A stretch of DNA of 64,000 nucleotides from Candidatus Hydrogenedentota bacterium (GTDB lineage: Bacteria > Hydrogenedentota > Hydrogenedentia > Hydrogenedentales > SLHB01). Position 1 is the stretch's first letter. Each line of letters opens with the position of its first letter. Below, piece after piece: positions 47,685 to 56,878 of this stretch. The notes under the pieces were generated by a model that saw nothing but the letters and a program-made list of their open reading frames with translations, was not told the origin of the DNA and did no database searches. The translations under genes and the position numbers were made by a program. The stretch lies in NCBI GenBank assembly GCA_045863335.1, contig BTVY01000026.1, forward strand, positions 34,486-98,485, read 5' to 3'.

Positions 47685-48986
47685 TTATGCCATAGCCGCT
47701 TCGACATCCGCTTTCGCGTCGATCCCGATTGGCTTCAGGTCGTATGCCTCCTGAAGGATGCGCAACACGTTTGGCGATACGAACGCCGGGAGTGCGGGGC
47801 CCAGCACAATGCCCTTTACGCCGAGATGCAACAGGGTAAGCAGAACGGCTACCGCTTTTTGTTCAAACCAGGAGATGACCAGCGTGAGGGGCAGGTCGTT
47901 GACGCCGCAGTCGAAAGCCTTGGCCAATGCGAGCGCTACCTGGACCGCGCCGTAGGCGTCGTTGCACTGTCCCATGTCGAGGAATCTCGGCAGGCCGGCC
48001 ACGGTGCCGTAGTCGTAGTCGCGAATGCGGAACTTGCCGCAGCCCAAGGTCAGGATGACCGAGTCTTCCGGTGTGTTCTGGGCGTACTGCGTGAAGTAGT
48101 TCCGGCCTGGTTCCGCGCCGTCGCATCCGCCGATGAGAAAGAAATGGCGTATCTGTCCCGTTTTGACGGCTTCGACGATCTTGTCCGCCAGGCTCAGGAT
48201 CGTGGTGTAGTGGAACCCGACGGTTGAGGTCTTGATCTCGGTAGGCGTCAGCGGGCCGATCTCCAGCGCCCGTTTGATAACGGAGGAGAAGTCGTTGGTA
48301 GTCAGGCGCGTCGCACCCGGGACGGCGGTCACTCGTGTGGTGTAAAAGCGATCCAGATAGGTGTTGACGGGACCAGGAATCAAGACACAGTTGGTCGTGG
48401 CGAGGATGGGGCCTCCGAAGGATTCAAACTCCATGCGCTGTTTCTGCCACGCGCCGCCGTAGTTGCCGGCGAGGTGGGGATACTTCTTCAATTCGGGATA
48501 CATGTGGGCAGGGAGCATTTCCCCGTGGGTGTAGACCTTGATGCCGGTGTCCTTGGTTTGTTCGAGCAGGTCCTTCAGGTCGACCATGTCATGCCCGGTA
48601 ACGAGGATTCCCGGTCCTTCCTGAATGCCTTCTTTTACCTCGACCGGTTGCGGCGTACCGAAGGTCTCCACGTGGCCGTCGTTGAGCAGTTGCATGGTTT
48701 TCAAGTTCATGCGCCCACATTCGAGCACCAGTTCGAGAAGGGATTCGAGGTCGAAGTTGACGTTGGTGACCGTCGCGAAAAGGGCTTCCTCGACGAAAGC
48801 ATCGATCTCGGAATCCGTCTTGCCGAGACGCCGCGCGTGATGCTTGTAGGCGCACATGCCCTTAAGTCCATAGAGCAGGATTTTCTGCAAGGACTCCATG
48901 TCGGGGTTCTTTCCGCACAACCCCGATTCGGTGCAAGCGACACCATCGGCTGTTTGTTCGCACTGATCGCAGTACATCAAAGACAT
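47685..48986 (-). CDS. hcp: Hybrid cluster protein (hydroxylamine reductase), short form
   Basis: CDQCEQT...C...GLCGK, ILVTGHD, YTHGEMLPAH, TTNC, GGCDG, LGCGKFR, DMGQCND and SWFEQKA; 433 aa. Confidence 0.95.
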   Translation of the reverse strand: MSLMYCDQCEQTADGVACTESGLCGKNPDMESLQKILLYGLKGMCAYKHHARRLGKTDSEIDAFVEEALFATVTNVNFDLESLLELVLECGRMNLKTMQLLNDGHVETFGTPQPVEVKEGIQEGPGILVTGHDMVDLKDLLEQTKDTGIKVYTHGEMLPAHMYPELKKYPHLAGNYGGAWQKQRMEFESFGGPILATTNCVLIPGPVNTYLDRFYTTRVTAVPGATRLTTNDFSSVIKRALEIGPLTPTEIKTSTVGFHYTTILSLADKIVEAVKTGQIRHFFLIGGCDGAEPGRNYFTQYAQNTPEDSVILTLGCGKFRIRDYDYGTVAGLPRFLDMGQCNDAYGAVQVALALAKAFDCGVNDLPLTLVISWFEQKAVAVLLTLLHLGVKGIVLGPALPAFVSPNVLRILQEAYDLKPIGIDAKADVEAAMA

Positions 48987-49105
48987 GGCTCCCGTCCTTT
49001 CTACGATGCGGTTGCAAGATTAGTTTTGAAAACGGCGCCCCACCACGTCGCGCTTTCCTGCGCGGGCGGGGTGGGGGCGGAATGCTCGTTCGGACGATAT
49101 CGTGG

Positions 49106-49240
49106 TCAGGGAACGACCGAGATGGAAGCGACGGAAGAGGCCACGAGTGCCCATAACCATCCCAAGACAAACACGAGCCCGAACACCCAGCCTACCTGCA
49201 AGAAAGGAAGGGGTTTTTCCTGCTTGTTAATATTCTCCAT
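49106..49240 (-). CDS. Putative small single-TM protein (44 aa)
   Basis: Manual translation MENINKQEKPLPFLQVGWVFGLVFVLGWLWALVASSVASISVVP*; agggga RBS; upstream of and co-oriented with hcp; below the ORF-track cutoff. Confidence 0.45.
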   Translation of the reverse strand: MENINKQEKPLPFLQVGWVFGLVFVLGWLWALVASSVASISVVP

Positions 49241-49556
49241 TTCAGTGTCCCCTGTTGGTCCGCGACCGAGATCGCCAGGCGCGTTTGCGTTTTCACTGAC
49301 GAAAGAGGAGGAGCATGAATCATGCCATTGATGTGCATGTTTTTACTCCATATCCAACAACTCATTTGTGGTCATTAGGTTAAGGGGGATAGGCGCAGCG
49401 CCGGATAATGTCGGTAAGCTTTGTGCGAGTACAAGTGTGCTCGGAGCATAAGTGCGCAGAGATTAAGCTGGGCAGTAGAAATGCAATGGACAGTTTACCC
49501 ATTGCAGTCGAAACATCCGCGTGGCATAGTTTTCACAAAAATCCCGGGGGCGCTCC

Positions 49557-51743
49557 ATGCGCGCATCACCCAAATCAGGTCAAGAACTGGAGTCCGCGCT
49601 AACTTCGATTCCACTGATGGACCCGCACACCCACCTTGATGCGGCGCACCTATCGGCGCGGGGTCTGGATGACATCCTGCTATATCACATGGCGGTAAGC
49701 GATTTGTTCGCGGCGGGCTGTCCCAACGGCGCGCGGGTCCCGGAGGATCGAACTGAAGGCCACGCGCGGGAACGCGTACTCGAAGCGTTGCCCTATCTGC
49801 CCAAGGCGCGAAACACGGCCATGGCCTGGGGTGTCCGGATCATTCTGGGCGACCTGTACGACTGGCACGAACCGGTCACGACGGAGAACTGGGAACGGCT
49901 CGACGCAGCGATTCGGGAGCGTGCGGCGGACCCGGTGTGGCCGCGGGAGATCCTGAAGCGGGCCGGCATCGTGCGGACCGGCACGGAACTGTGGCGTGGC
50001 CGCGACGGAGCGGCGAACGATATTCTCCAATATTCGCTGGAATGGGCTTTCTTTGCGCGGACGCAATGGGGTCAACCGGACATCCCGCTGTACGAGTTGG
50101 AGCGCGCGTGGAATGCGACGGAACCGGGGGTGCCGATCCCGGTGACCTTTGACCGTGCGTCGGCGCCGCCGATGGATCGGACGATTCGCTCGGTCGAGGA
50201 TGTGGACGCGGCAGTCGCGCATTACTGCGACCTGATTCCCTACGACAAGGTCATGGCGACGGCCCAGCATCTATCGACGGACATCGACTACGCGGGTCCC
50301 GGTGCGGAAGCGTTGCAGAAGGCTTTACGCAAGCGGGCCAGCGCAGGAAATGCCGAACGCGATGTGTACGCGAGCTACATTCTGCGACGGTTTTTAGGCG
50401 AGCTGTCAAAGCGCGGCGAAGGGATAGTGTTTCAGTTTTCTCTCGGCGCGGAGCCCTTGCCGTATGAATCGGCGGCGCGGCTGAGTCAACGCACCATCGC
50501 GCAACTGGGCGAGTTGATCGCCAATTTTCCGGATGTGCGGTTCATGTGTTTCCTGGCCAGCCGCCATGGCAATCAGTCGTTGTGCACGCTCGCGCGCGAA
50601 TTGCCCAACCTCTCCCTCGCCGGGTACTGGTGGCATAACTTCTTCCCCGGCGCCATCCGGCAGGTCATGGAAGAGCGCCTCGACATGTTGCCCTTGAACA
50701 AGCAGATCGGGTTCTTCAGCGACGCCTACTGCGCGGAATGGTCCTATGCAAAAGCGGTTATGGTGCGCAAGCTGCTTGCGGAAGTGTTGGCGGGCAAAGT
50801 CGCGTTGGGCCAATACAGCCGCGACGACGCGCTCAGCATCGCGCAGGGGATTCTGCATGACTCCCCGTGTGAGTTGTTGGGGATGAAAGGTGTTCGAGGT
50901 ATTGGAGGTGCCACGGGCTTCCAGCCCGTGAGTTTCGGAGAGACGGGCTGCGATCTGTCCGGGGAGTCGAGTATAGGCGAAGATTTGACACGCCTCGCCG
51001 GGCAGGATGCCCGGCTTGCCAGGGATCATGGCCTGGAAGGCCATGGCACCTCGAATCTTGGGCAGGATGCCCAAGCCACCTCGGGGGAGGATGATTCGGG
51101 GGCAGATGGCGGCTCCGTTGTCGATGATATGGATATCAATGTCGATTACGAGTTGATCGATGTGCGGCAGGGCGCGTATTTGCCGCATTGGACGCAGGAG
51201 TTTGCGGTCTACTCGGTGACGTTTCGGCTGGAGGATTCGTTGCCGAGGGAGGTGGTGCAGGCGTGGCTCGCGGAGCGGAACGAAATCGTTCGCAGGGCGC
51301 AGCAAATGGGACGTCCGCTTACGCTCGAAGAAGAGAAACGGTTGCAGTATCTCTTCTCCGAAAAGGTCGACCGGTATCTCGATGCGGGATATGGCGCGTG
51401 TTGGATGAAGGACGACCGGATCGCTGAAATCACCGCGGGTTCGTTGTTGCACTTCAACGGTGAGCGATATCGCCTGGTGGCGTGGTGCGTGATGCCGAAT
51501 CATGTCCATGTGGTCGTCCAACCGTTGCCGGGTTTTGAACTCCAAGAAATTCTTCACACGTGGAAGTCCTACACCGCGAACCAGGCGAATGCGGTGTTGC
51601 GGCGCTCGGGAGTCTTCTGGCAGACAGAGAGTTACGATCATCTGATCCGCGATGGACAGGACCTCTCGCATTCGATTGAGTACGTTATCGAGAATCCGTC
51701 CAAGGCGGGGCTCACGAATTGGAAGTGGTTTCGCCGCCACTGA
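49557..51743 (+). CDS. UxaC/glucuronate-isomerase-like amidohydrolase read through in frame into a RAYT transposase (chimeric ORF)
   Basis: The N-terminal ~445 aa contain DPHTHL, LLYHM, LARELPNLSLAGYWWH and FFSDAY. No stop occurs across the REP repeat, and the C-terminal 204 aa are a RAYT. Confidence 0.75.
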   Translation: MRASPKSGQELESALTSIPLMDPHTHLDAAHLSARGLDDILLYHMAVSDLFAAGCPNGARVPEDRTEGHARERVLEALPYLPKARNTAMAWGVRIILGDLYDWHEPVTTENWERLDAAIRERAADPVWPREILKRAGIVRTGTELWRGRDGAANDILQYSLEWAFFARTQWGQPDIPLYELERAWNATEPGVPIPVTFDRASAPPMDRTIRSVEDVDAAVAHYCDLIPYDKVMATAQHLSTDIDYAGPGAEALQKALRKRASAGNAERDVYASYILRRFLGELSKRGEGIVFQFSLGAEPLPYESAARLSQRTIAQLGELIANFPDVRFMCFLASRHGNQSLCTLARELPNLSLAGYWWHNFFPGAIRQVMEERLDMLPLNKQIGFFSDAYCAEWSYAKAVMVRKLLAEVLAGKVALGQYSRDDALSIAQGILHDSPCELLGMKGVRGIGGATGFQPVSFGETGCDLSGESSIGEDLTRLAGQDARLARDHGLEGHGTSNLGQDAQATSGEDDSGADGGSVVDDMDINVDYELIDVRQGAYLPHWTQEFAVYSVTFRLEDSLPREVVQAWLAERNEIVRRAQQMGRPLTLEEEKRLQYLFSEKVDRYLDAGYGACWMKDDRIAEITAGSLLHFNGERYRLVAWCVMPNHVHVVVQPLPGFELQEILHTWKSYTANQANAVLRRSGVFWQTESYDHLIRDGQDLSHSIEYVIENPSKAGLTNWKWFRRH
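50888..51092 (+). repeat. Left direct repeat containing four REP hairpins
   Basis: REPs at 50905-50930 (forward), 50998-51014, 51027-51052 and 51057-51082 (reverse). Confidence 0.9.
51129..51743 (+). CDS. REP-associated tyrosine transposase (RAYT, IS200/Y1 HUH family) domain
   Basis: YLPHW, YSVTFRLEDSLP, WCVMPNHVHVV (HUH), WKSYTA, FWQTESYDHLIRD and EYVIENPSKAGL (catalytic Tyr). A separate start at ATG 51129 is possible. Confidence 0.9.
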   Translation: MDINVDYELIDVRQGAYLPHWTQEFAVYSVTFRLEDSLPREVVQAWLAERNEIVRRAQQMGRPLTLEEEKRLQYLFSEKVDRYLDAGYGACWMKDDRIAEITAGSLLHFNGERYRLVAWCVMPNHVHVVVQPLPGFELQEILHTWKSYTANQANAVLRRSGVFWQTESYDHLIRDGQDLSHSIEYVIENPSKAGLTNWKWFRRH

Positions 51744-51751
51744 GGCGAACG

Positions 51752-51956
51752 AGGTGTTTGAGGTGTTCGAGGTGCCACGGGCTTCCAGCCCGTGAGTCTC
51801 GGAGAGAGGGGCCGCGATCTGTCCGGGGAGTCATGCGTAAGCGAAGATTTGACACGCCTCGCCGGGCAGGATGCCCGGCTTGCCAGGGATCATGGCCTGG
51901 AAGGCCATGGCACCTCAAATCTTGGGCAGGATGCCCAAGCTACCTCGGGGCAGGAT
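51752..51956 (+). repeat. Right direct repeat containing four REP hairpins
   Basis: Copy of 50888-51092 at offset +864. Confidence 0.9.
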
Positions 51957-51966
51957 CGCAGTAGAA

Positions 51967-54552
51967 CTATTCCGGCGGTTCGTCGGGGAACCAGCGTTTT
52001 TTGTCGGCGGCTTGGGCGTAGGGGAGGTTGAGGTTGCGCCAGATGAGGGCTTTGTAGAACTTGTCTGCCGCTTGGGGGTCGCGGTGTTCGAGGTAGACGC
52101 CGCCCCAGTAGAGGGCGCTGGCGCATTTGATGTCGTTATCGGGCAAATATTGGGCGGCGTTCCACATGAGGCCCGCGGCGGTGTAGCGATAGTGGAACCG
52201 CTTGTCCGGGTCGGGGGCGTTGGCGGATGCGCGTTGGAGTTCGTCGTCGGACGCGGTCAGGGTCTGGACGAGCGCGGGATCGTAGTCGGCATTCTCGCGG
52301 ATATTGGAGTCGGCGCGAAGCTGCGAGATCCCGGTGAGTTCGTAGTTGCCGCCCAAGGCGAACCAATCGGGGTCGAGTTCCGTGCCCATCAATTCCATGC
52401 CGTGGCGCCGCGTCAACTCCGCGGCGTTATAGAATGCGTTGGCTCGATCACGGTCGATGACGCGTTTTTCCTCCGCGCCAAAGAGTCCAGAGACGAAGCC
52501 GGAAATAGACGCCGCGAAGCTTTTGGACGGGAGCGGCGCGGTGGCGAAGGCGAGTAAACGGCGCAGTGCTTCCGCTTGGGCTTGCTCGGTATCCGGTAGC
52601 AATGCCGCGGCCTCCTCCCATTGCCCTTGCCGGGCATAGCGGCGCGCGAGAAGGTATTCGAGCATTGAGAGCTTGGGCAGATCGCCTTCGTACCAGAACC
52701 TTTCCGTGAAGGTATCGGAAAACACGGGGTCATCGCGATGGGCATCGATGTAAGCGCGCAACTCGTCGATGGTCAACACGCGCTCCGCGACGTAGGCTGC
52801 GTCCATCCAGTAAGGCGAGCGCATCAGGGCGTCGAGGGCATTGACGTAGTCCTGCCGGCCCAGCAGGAGAACGCCGATTTCCGATTGCACGATCTCCTGC
52901 TCGGGCGGCAGAGGTCCAAACTCCCCGGGACCGGTTGGCGCATCGGGTGGGAAAGCGGGGATCGTTTCGCGCAGCACGTCTAACGCTTCATCGATGCGCC
53001 CTTCGCGCAGTAGCAGTTTCGATCGAATCCATCGCGTGTAAGGTGAACTGGCATCCGCCGATTCCAGCCATTGCGCGGCCCGTTCCATATCGCCGTCGTT
53101 GTACGCGATCCACGCAAGCCGGTCCGCGTGTTCAACAGGGTTACTGCCCACAGCCTTTTGGACGGCGTCCAACCACTGCGCGTCGATATCGGGATAGTTG
53201 TGGGGATGGCTGACCAGCCAGGCCGTCATGATGGGGCGGCAGACCGGATCGGCGGCGAACTCGTCGAACAGCTCGGGACGTGCGACCACGCGCGCGCAGG
53301 CAAAGTCGAGTGAGTTGCTGTCGGCACGTCCTGCCGGTGACGCGTCGAGGGCGTAGGCCTCCGCGTAGTAGTGCATCGCGTCTTTCAAATCGCCTTCGAG
53401 CGGATTCCGGCGGGGATACCAAATTGCTTCTGTGGGGGAATCCGACATGGAGAGCCGATAGCCTGAGCGGGCTTGTTCCTGGATTTCCTGGATGACGCCC
53501 AGTTCTACGTTGCCGTCTTCGATCGCGGCAGCCAATTGGATCAGGGCGGATATCATGGGTTCCTCTGGCGGTAGTCCGCCCAGGGAACCGGATTGCCGGG
53601 CCGCATCGAACCAGTCGCTCAACACGTTGACATCGGCCTCGGGATGGCTGACGGCCCACGCGGTCATTGCTCGGCATGCGTCTTGATCCTCGGCGATCGC
53701 GCTAAACCGGTCGGGGTTGCGGAAGGCCATCCCGCAGGCGACGCGCAGCGAGTCCGCGGCCTCACGGCTTTCCAGTTCGGGTCCGTGGAGGAACAATGCG
53801 AGATACGCGCGGATCGCTTCGAGGTTCTTGTTGGCATCGAGCGCGGATCGCGCAAGCCACCCCCGCGCGTCAGCGGCGAGGTTTGCGGAATCCCGAAATC
53901 CTGCTTCGGCCAGCGCGATTACCTGTTGGTAATAGTCGTCCGATTCGGCGCGGTCGGTCTCCTGAAGCATTCGTCCGAGCATGTACGCGGCCCAGGTCGA
54001 CCGGTATGGCCGGTCCGATTCGGGCAATGCGAGGATTGCATCCCAAAATGATTTCGCCGACGCGATGTCACGCCCCCTGTAAGCCGCCGCGCCACGCACG
54101 TAGAGGGCGAATTCCTGCGGGATCGATGCGAGCAGCGCATCGTATGACGAGAGGTCGAATTCGGAAGGTGGCGGCGGGCTGGCGTTCTCTGCGCCAGCGT
54201 TCGGGGGAGCGGTGCGAGGCAGGGGCGCTTGGGCGTTCATGGCGATACGCATCGATTCGAATTCGGTGACGGCTTCGGCCGAACTACCGCGGGTGGTAAG
54301 TGCGTCGTGCAGATCGCGCGCATCGTTAGAGAGGGTGCGTTCCCAACTGCCGTGGCGGGTCGGGTAGATATCCTGCTGCGATGCGGCGACGTCCGGGAGA
54401 ATCAGATGAAACCACGCTTCGGGCATATTCAACACGCGCTCTTCATCGCCGAAAAGGAGATAGGCGTTGGGAAAGAAAGGTCCGCAGGCCCACGCCGACG
54501 CGCATGTGGTTAGTGGGAGAACGATAATCATCAAGGAGCGGCGGATTCGCAT
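51967..54552 (-). CDS. Large secreted alpha-helical/TPR-like protein (ACGP-start family, DUF3142 partner)
   Basis: Signal peptide ending AWA|CGPFFPN; RSTWAAYMLGR, YWMDAAYVAERVLT.DEL, GMELMGTE..PD and RFHYRY; internal duplication. Start uncertain (alternative 54618). Confidence 0.72.
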   Translation of the reverse strand: MRIRRSLMIIVLPLTTCASAWACGPFFPNAYLLFGDEERVLNMPEAWFHLILPDVAASQQDIYPTRHGSWERTLSNDARDLHDALTTRGSSAEAVTEFESMRIAMNAQAPLPRTAPPNAGAENASPPPPSEFDLSSYDALLASIPQEFALYVRGAAAYRGRDIASAKSFWDAILALPESDRPYRSTWAAYMLGRMLQETDRAESDDYYQQVIALAEAGFRDSANLAADARGWLARSALDANKNLEAIRAYLALFLHGPELESREAADSLRVACGMAFRNPDRFSAIAEDQDACRAMTAWAVSHPEADVNVLSDWFDAARQSGSLGGLPPEEPMISALIQLAAAIEDGNVELGVIQEIQEQARSGYRLSMSDSPTEAIWYPRRNPLEGDLKDAMHYYAEAYALDASPAGRADSNSLDFACARVVARPELFDEFAADPVCRPIMTAWLVSHPHNYPDIDAQWLDAVQKAVGSNPVEHADRLAWIAYNDGDMERAAQWLESADASSPYTRWIRSKLLLREGRIDEALDVLRETIPAFPPDAPTGPGEFGPLPPEQEIVQSEIGVLLLGRQDYVNALDALMRSPYWMDAAYVAERVLTIDELRAYIDAHRDDPVFSDTFTERFWYEGDLPKLSMLEYLLARRYARQGQWEEAAALLPDTEQAQAEALRRLLAFATAPLPSKSFAASISGFVSGLFGAEEKRVIDRDRANAFYNAAELTRRHGMELMGTELDPDWFALGGNYELTGISQLRADSNIRENADYDPALVQTLTASDDELQRASANAPDPDKRFHYRYTAAGLMWNAAQYLPDNDIKCASALYWGGVYLEHRDPQAADKFYKALIWRNLNLPYAQAADKKRWFPDEPPE

Positions 54553-54614
54553 GGACGTACTCCGTGGTGGCCTCTGCATAGGATCTTGATCCTCGCTGGA
54601 GCCGAGTGGTTGCG

Positions 54615-55958
54615 TCAACTTGGATTATCGGCCGTCTGTGACTGAAGGACGGTCACCGGCCCTGCTACGATCTGACTCGGGGTTTCGGTGGCGCTGTCTC
54701 CGAACCGGAACCAAGCCACCATGGCGGGATCCGCGTCATGCGGAGGCGGTCCCGTTAACCGTATGGACTCCGATTCGCGATCGGGCGCACCTGCGAAGCC
54801 GCCGAGGACGTCGTGGGCCAGTAGCTCTTTGCCGTTCCACCGCACCTCGAAGGTGACCGGATCCCAAACGCGGGTTTCGCCCGTGTTCGTAATCCACGCT
54901 TCATACAGTCCCGGCGACAGATTGCGGATTTCCACGTCAATGGCGGTGCGCGGAACGCGGCCCTCGCGTACCGCTGCCAGCGTTGTCCACGACCAATTCA
55001 GTTCGTCGCCGGCGTTGGGCAGGCGGAACCACGCGAAACCGCGGCAACCTCGAGGCGGCGCCGCCTCGACCGAGCGAACCACGGCAGCGATTTCCTCGGG
55101 GTCGGGCATGATGAGACGCACCTGGTGCGTAGCGTCCGTGGCGGGAGGCGGTCCTTCGGCGGAGAGGGCCGTAAAGGCGCCCGATTCGTCGAAGACCACG
55201 CGATACCCGTAGGTGGGCAAGGCCAAATAGAAGGGCACGCCCACCCAGGCGGCGCGGCGCAGGTAACCCGAGATCCGCGAGGTGTCGCACAGCACGATGG
55301 GCTGGTCGACGGTAGTTGGCGGCTCCAACGAATGAACCTGCAACACGTAATAGGAGAGACCGTCGACAAGATCGCCGAACTCCCAGCGCTTGATCCACGT
55401 GGGCAACACGGTGATGGAGAAATCGATGTCCGTCAGGCGTATTTGCAGTGCGTCCAGTAGCCGCCGGTAGTCTCCCAATTTGGACGTGGGGCAATCGTAA
55501 TCCAGTTGAACCCCTGCGACTTCCACGCCCGCGTCTCGCGCCGCGTTCCGCGCTCCGTCCAGGATCTCAAAGAGATAGTTCGTAGCGCCGTCCAATTCCG
55601 CCCCGTTCAGGAACGATCCCATACTGACGCCAGCGCGGAGGACGAGCGCGGTCTGTGCGCGATCCCTGGCTAGGGACTGCCAATCGGGCCGGGCCGGTGT
55701 GAAGGCAAGCGCACCGTCGACGGCATTCACCTCACCGAGCAGGACCATGAGGCGGTCTGCCTCCGGCGCGGCATGGGCGACGGCATCCCGGACCGAGTCG
55801 GTCCATTGCATCTGCCAGACATAGTAGGCATGGGGCAAGGTCCGCGGCTCCTCGTAGAGGCGGCCGTGGAGCCAAAACGCCGCAACGACTGCCGACGCGG
55901 CGGTGATTCCGGCAAGAATGCCAATACCTCGGCGCAGGCGGTTTCCGCCCCAGGCCAT
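54615..55958 (-). CDS. DUF3142 domain protein (GH18-like TIM barrel)
   Basis: N-terminal TM; YVWQMQW, GVQLDYDCPTSKL..Y, SITVLPTW, YVLQVH, PFYLALPTYGY and WFRLP...D..NW...TL. Confidence 0.8.
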   Translation of the reverse strand: MAWGGNRLRRGIGILAGITAASAVVAAFWLHGRLYEEPRTLPHAYYVWQMQWTDSVRDAVAHAAPEADRLMVLLGEVNAVDGALAFTPARPDWQSLARDRAQTALVLRAGVSMGSFLNGAELDGATNYLFEILDGARNAARDAGVEVAGVQLDYDCPTSKLGDYRRLLDALQIRLTDIDFSITVLPTWIKRWEFGDLVDGLSYYVLQVHSLEPPTTVDQPIVLCDTSRISGYLRRAAWVGVPFYLALPTYGYRVVFDESGAFTALSAEGPPPATDATHQVRLIMPDPEEIAAVVRSVEAAPPRGCRGFAWFRLPNAGDELNWSWTTLAAVREGRVPRTAIDVEIRNLSPGLYEAWITNTGETRVWDPVTFEVRWNGKELLAHDVLGGFAGAPDRESESIRLTGPPPHDADPAMVAWFRFGDSATETPSQIVAGPVTVLQSQTADNPS

Positions 55959-56151
55959 CCAAGCTCCTCCTTGTGATTTACTCGTTGAGTCTTGCGGACA
56001 TGCTATAACAACCCCTTACCACACAAAAAGTTGCTTCGTTACATTCCTTTCCCCGATGGCCATGGCGGGAAGTGGCTGGCAACTCATGAGGACGCGAGCA
56101 AGTCCTTTCTTGCAAGCGAGATACTTATTCGAGAAAAAAATCACGAGACAA

Positions 56152-56181
56152 TTGACTTTAGGGAAATGCGTATGTTAAAGT
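56152..56181 (+). promoter_or_regulatory. Promoter of the rex-hydrogenase operon
   Basis: TTGACT-18 nt-TAAAGT with an extended TG, directly upstream of the Rex box. Confidence 0.5.
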
Positions 56182-56183
56182 AG

Positions 56184-56201
56184 TTGTGAACGGATTCACA
56201 A
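56184..56201. promoter_or_regulatory. Rex operator
   Basis: Perfect TTGTGAA-cgga-TTCACAA (Rex consensus TTGTGAANNNNTTCACAA) just upstream of rex. Confidence 0.9.
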
Positions 56202-56239
56202 CGTTATTTCATTCACAGCAAGTAGAAAGGATCGCCGGG

Positions 56240-56878
56240 ATGCCTTCGAATCAGACCATCGGACGCCTCAGCCTCTACCGGCGTATCCTGGCGGAACTCC
56301 AGGCCGACGGCGTTCGTAACGTGTTCTCCCATCAGCTTGCCCGGATGGCGGGGGCCACTGCCGCCCAGGTCCGGCGAGACATTATGGTGATCGGATATAC
56401 AGGGAGTTCGGCCCACGGTTACGACGTCTCCGCGCTGATGGAAAGCATCGGCCTGTTTCTGGATGCGACCCCTTCTCAGGGAATCGCCCTCGTCGGCGTG
56501 GGGAATCTGGGCCGGGCGCTCTTGGCCTATTTCGTGGGCCGAAACCCGCGGTTCTCCATTGTGGCCGCCTTTGACGCGGACGAGCACAAGGCAGGTCGGG
56601 TGATCCACGGATGCCGGTGCTACCCGATGACGGAGCTGGAGTCCGTGCTGAAGGAGCAGGGCATCCGGATGGCCATTCTTGCCGTCCCTGCCGCGGTTGC
56701 GGAAGAGACTGCCGCTCGGCTCTGTGAAGCGGGCATTACGGGAATACTGAACTTTGCACCGGTGCGGCTTTGGGCGCCCCGGAACGTATACGTGGAAGAC
56801 ATGGACATGACGATGGCTTTGGAGCGCGTGGCGTATCACGCCGGCCGGGGTGTTCATGAGAAGGAAGTCCAGAAATGA
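56240..56878 (+). CDS. rex: Redox-sensing transcriptional repressor Rex
   Basis: TIGRLSLYRRIL, AAQVRRD...G...GYDV, VGVGNLGRAL, AAFD and GILNFAP; ATG 56240 with an aaagga RBS. Confidence 0.93.
   Translation: MPSNQTIGRLSLYRRILAELQADGVRNVFSHQLARMAGATAAQVRRDIMVIGYTGSSAHGYDVSALMESIGLFLDATPSQGIALVGVGNLGRALLAYFVGRNPRFSIVAAFDADEHKAGRVIHGCRCYPMTELESVLKEQGIRMAILAVPAAVAEETAARLCEAGITGILNFAPVRLWAPRNVYVEDMDMTMALERVAYHAGRGVHEKEVQK

Larger units (their letters stand above)
50888..51956 (+). mobile_element. RAYT cassette: REP-associated tyrosine transposase bounded by ~205-bp REP-rich direct repeats
   Basis: Direct repeats 50888-51092 and 51752-51956 (ungapped, ~14 mismatches by manual count) flank a Y1 HUH transposase. 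Confidence 0.85.

Noticed and set aside
49310-49345. Fnr/HcpR site upstream of hcp
   Set aside because: Only a half-site (TTGAT) and a short palindrome (gcatgaatcatgc) are present; not enough to call.
50888-51956. CRISPR array
   Set aside because: The repeats vary in orientation and spacing, have no unique equal-length spacers and no cas genes; they are REP hairpins.
56186-56239. ORF-track upstream starts (rex GTG 56186; also 5449, 6018, 8691, 9239, 9927, 31128, 33765)
   Set aside because: They overlap operators, repeats or upstream genes. Downstream ATGs restore proper signal peptides or family N-termini, most with an RBS.
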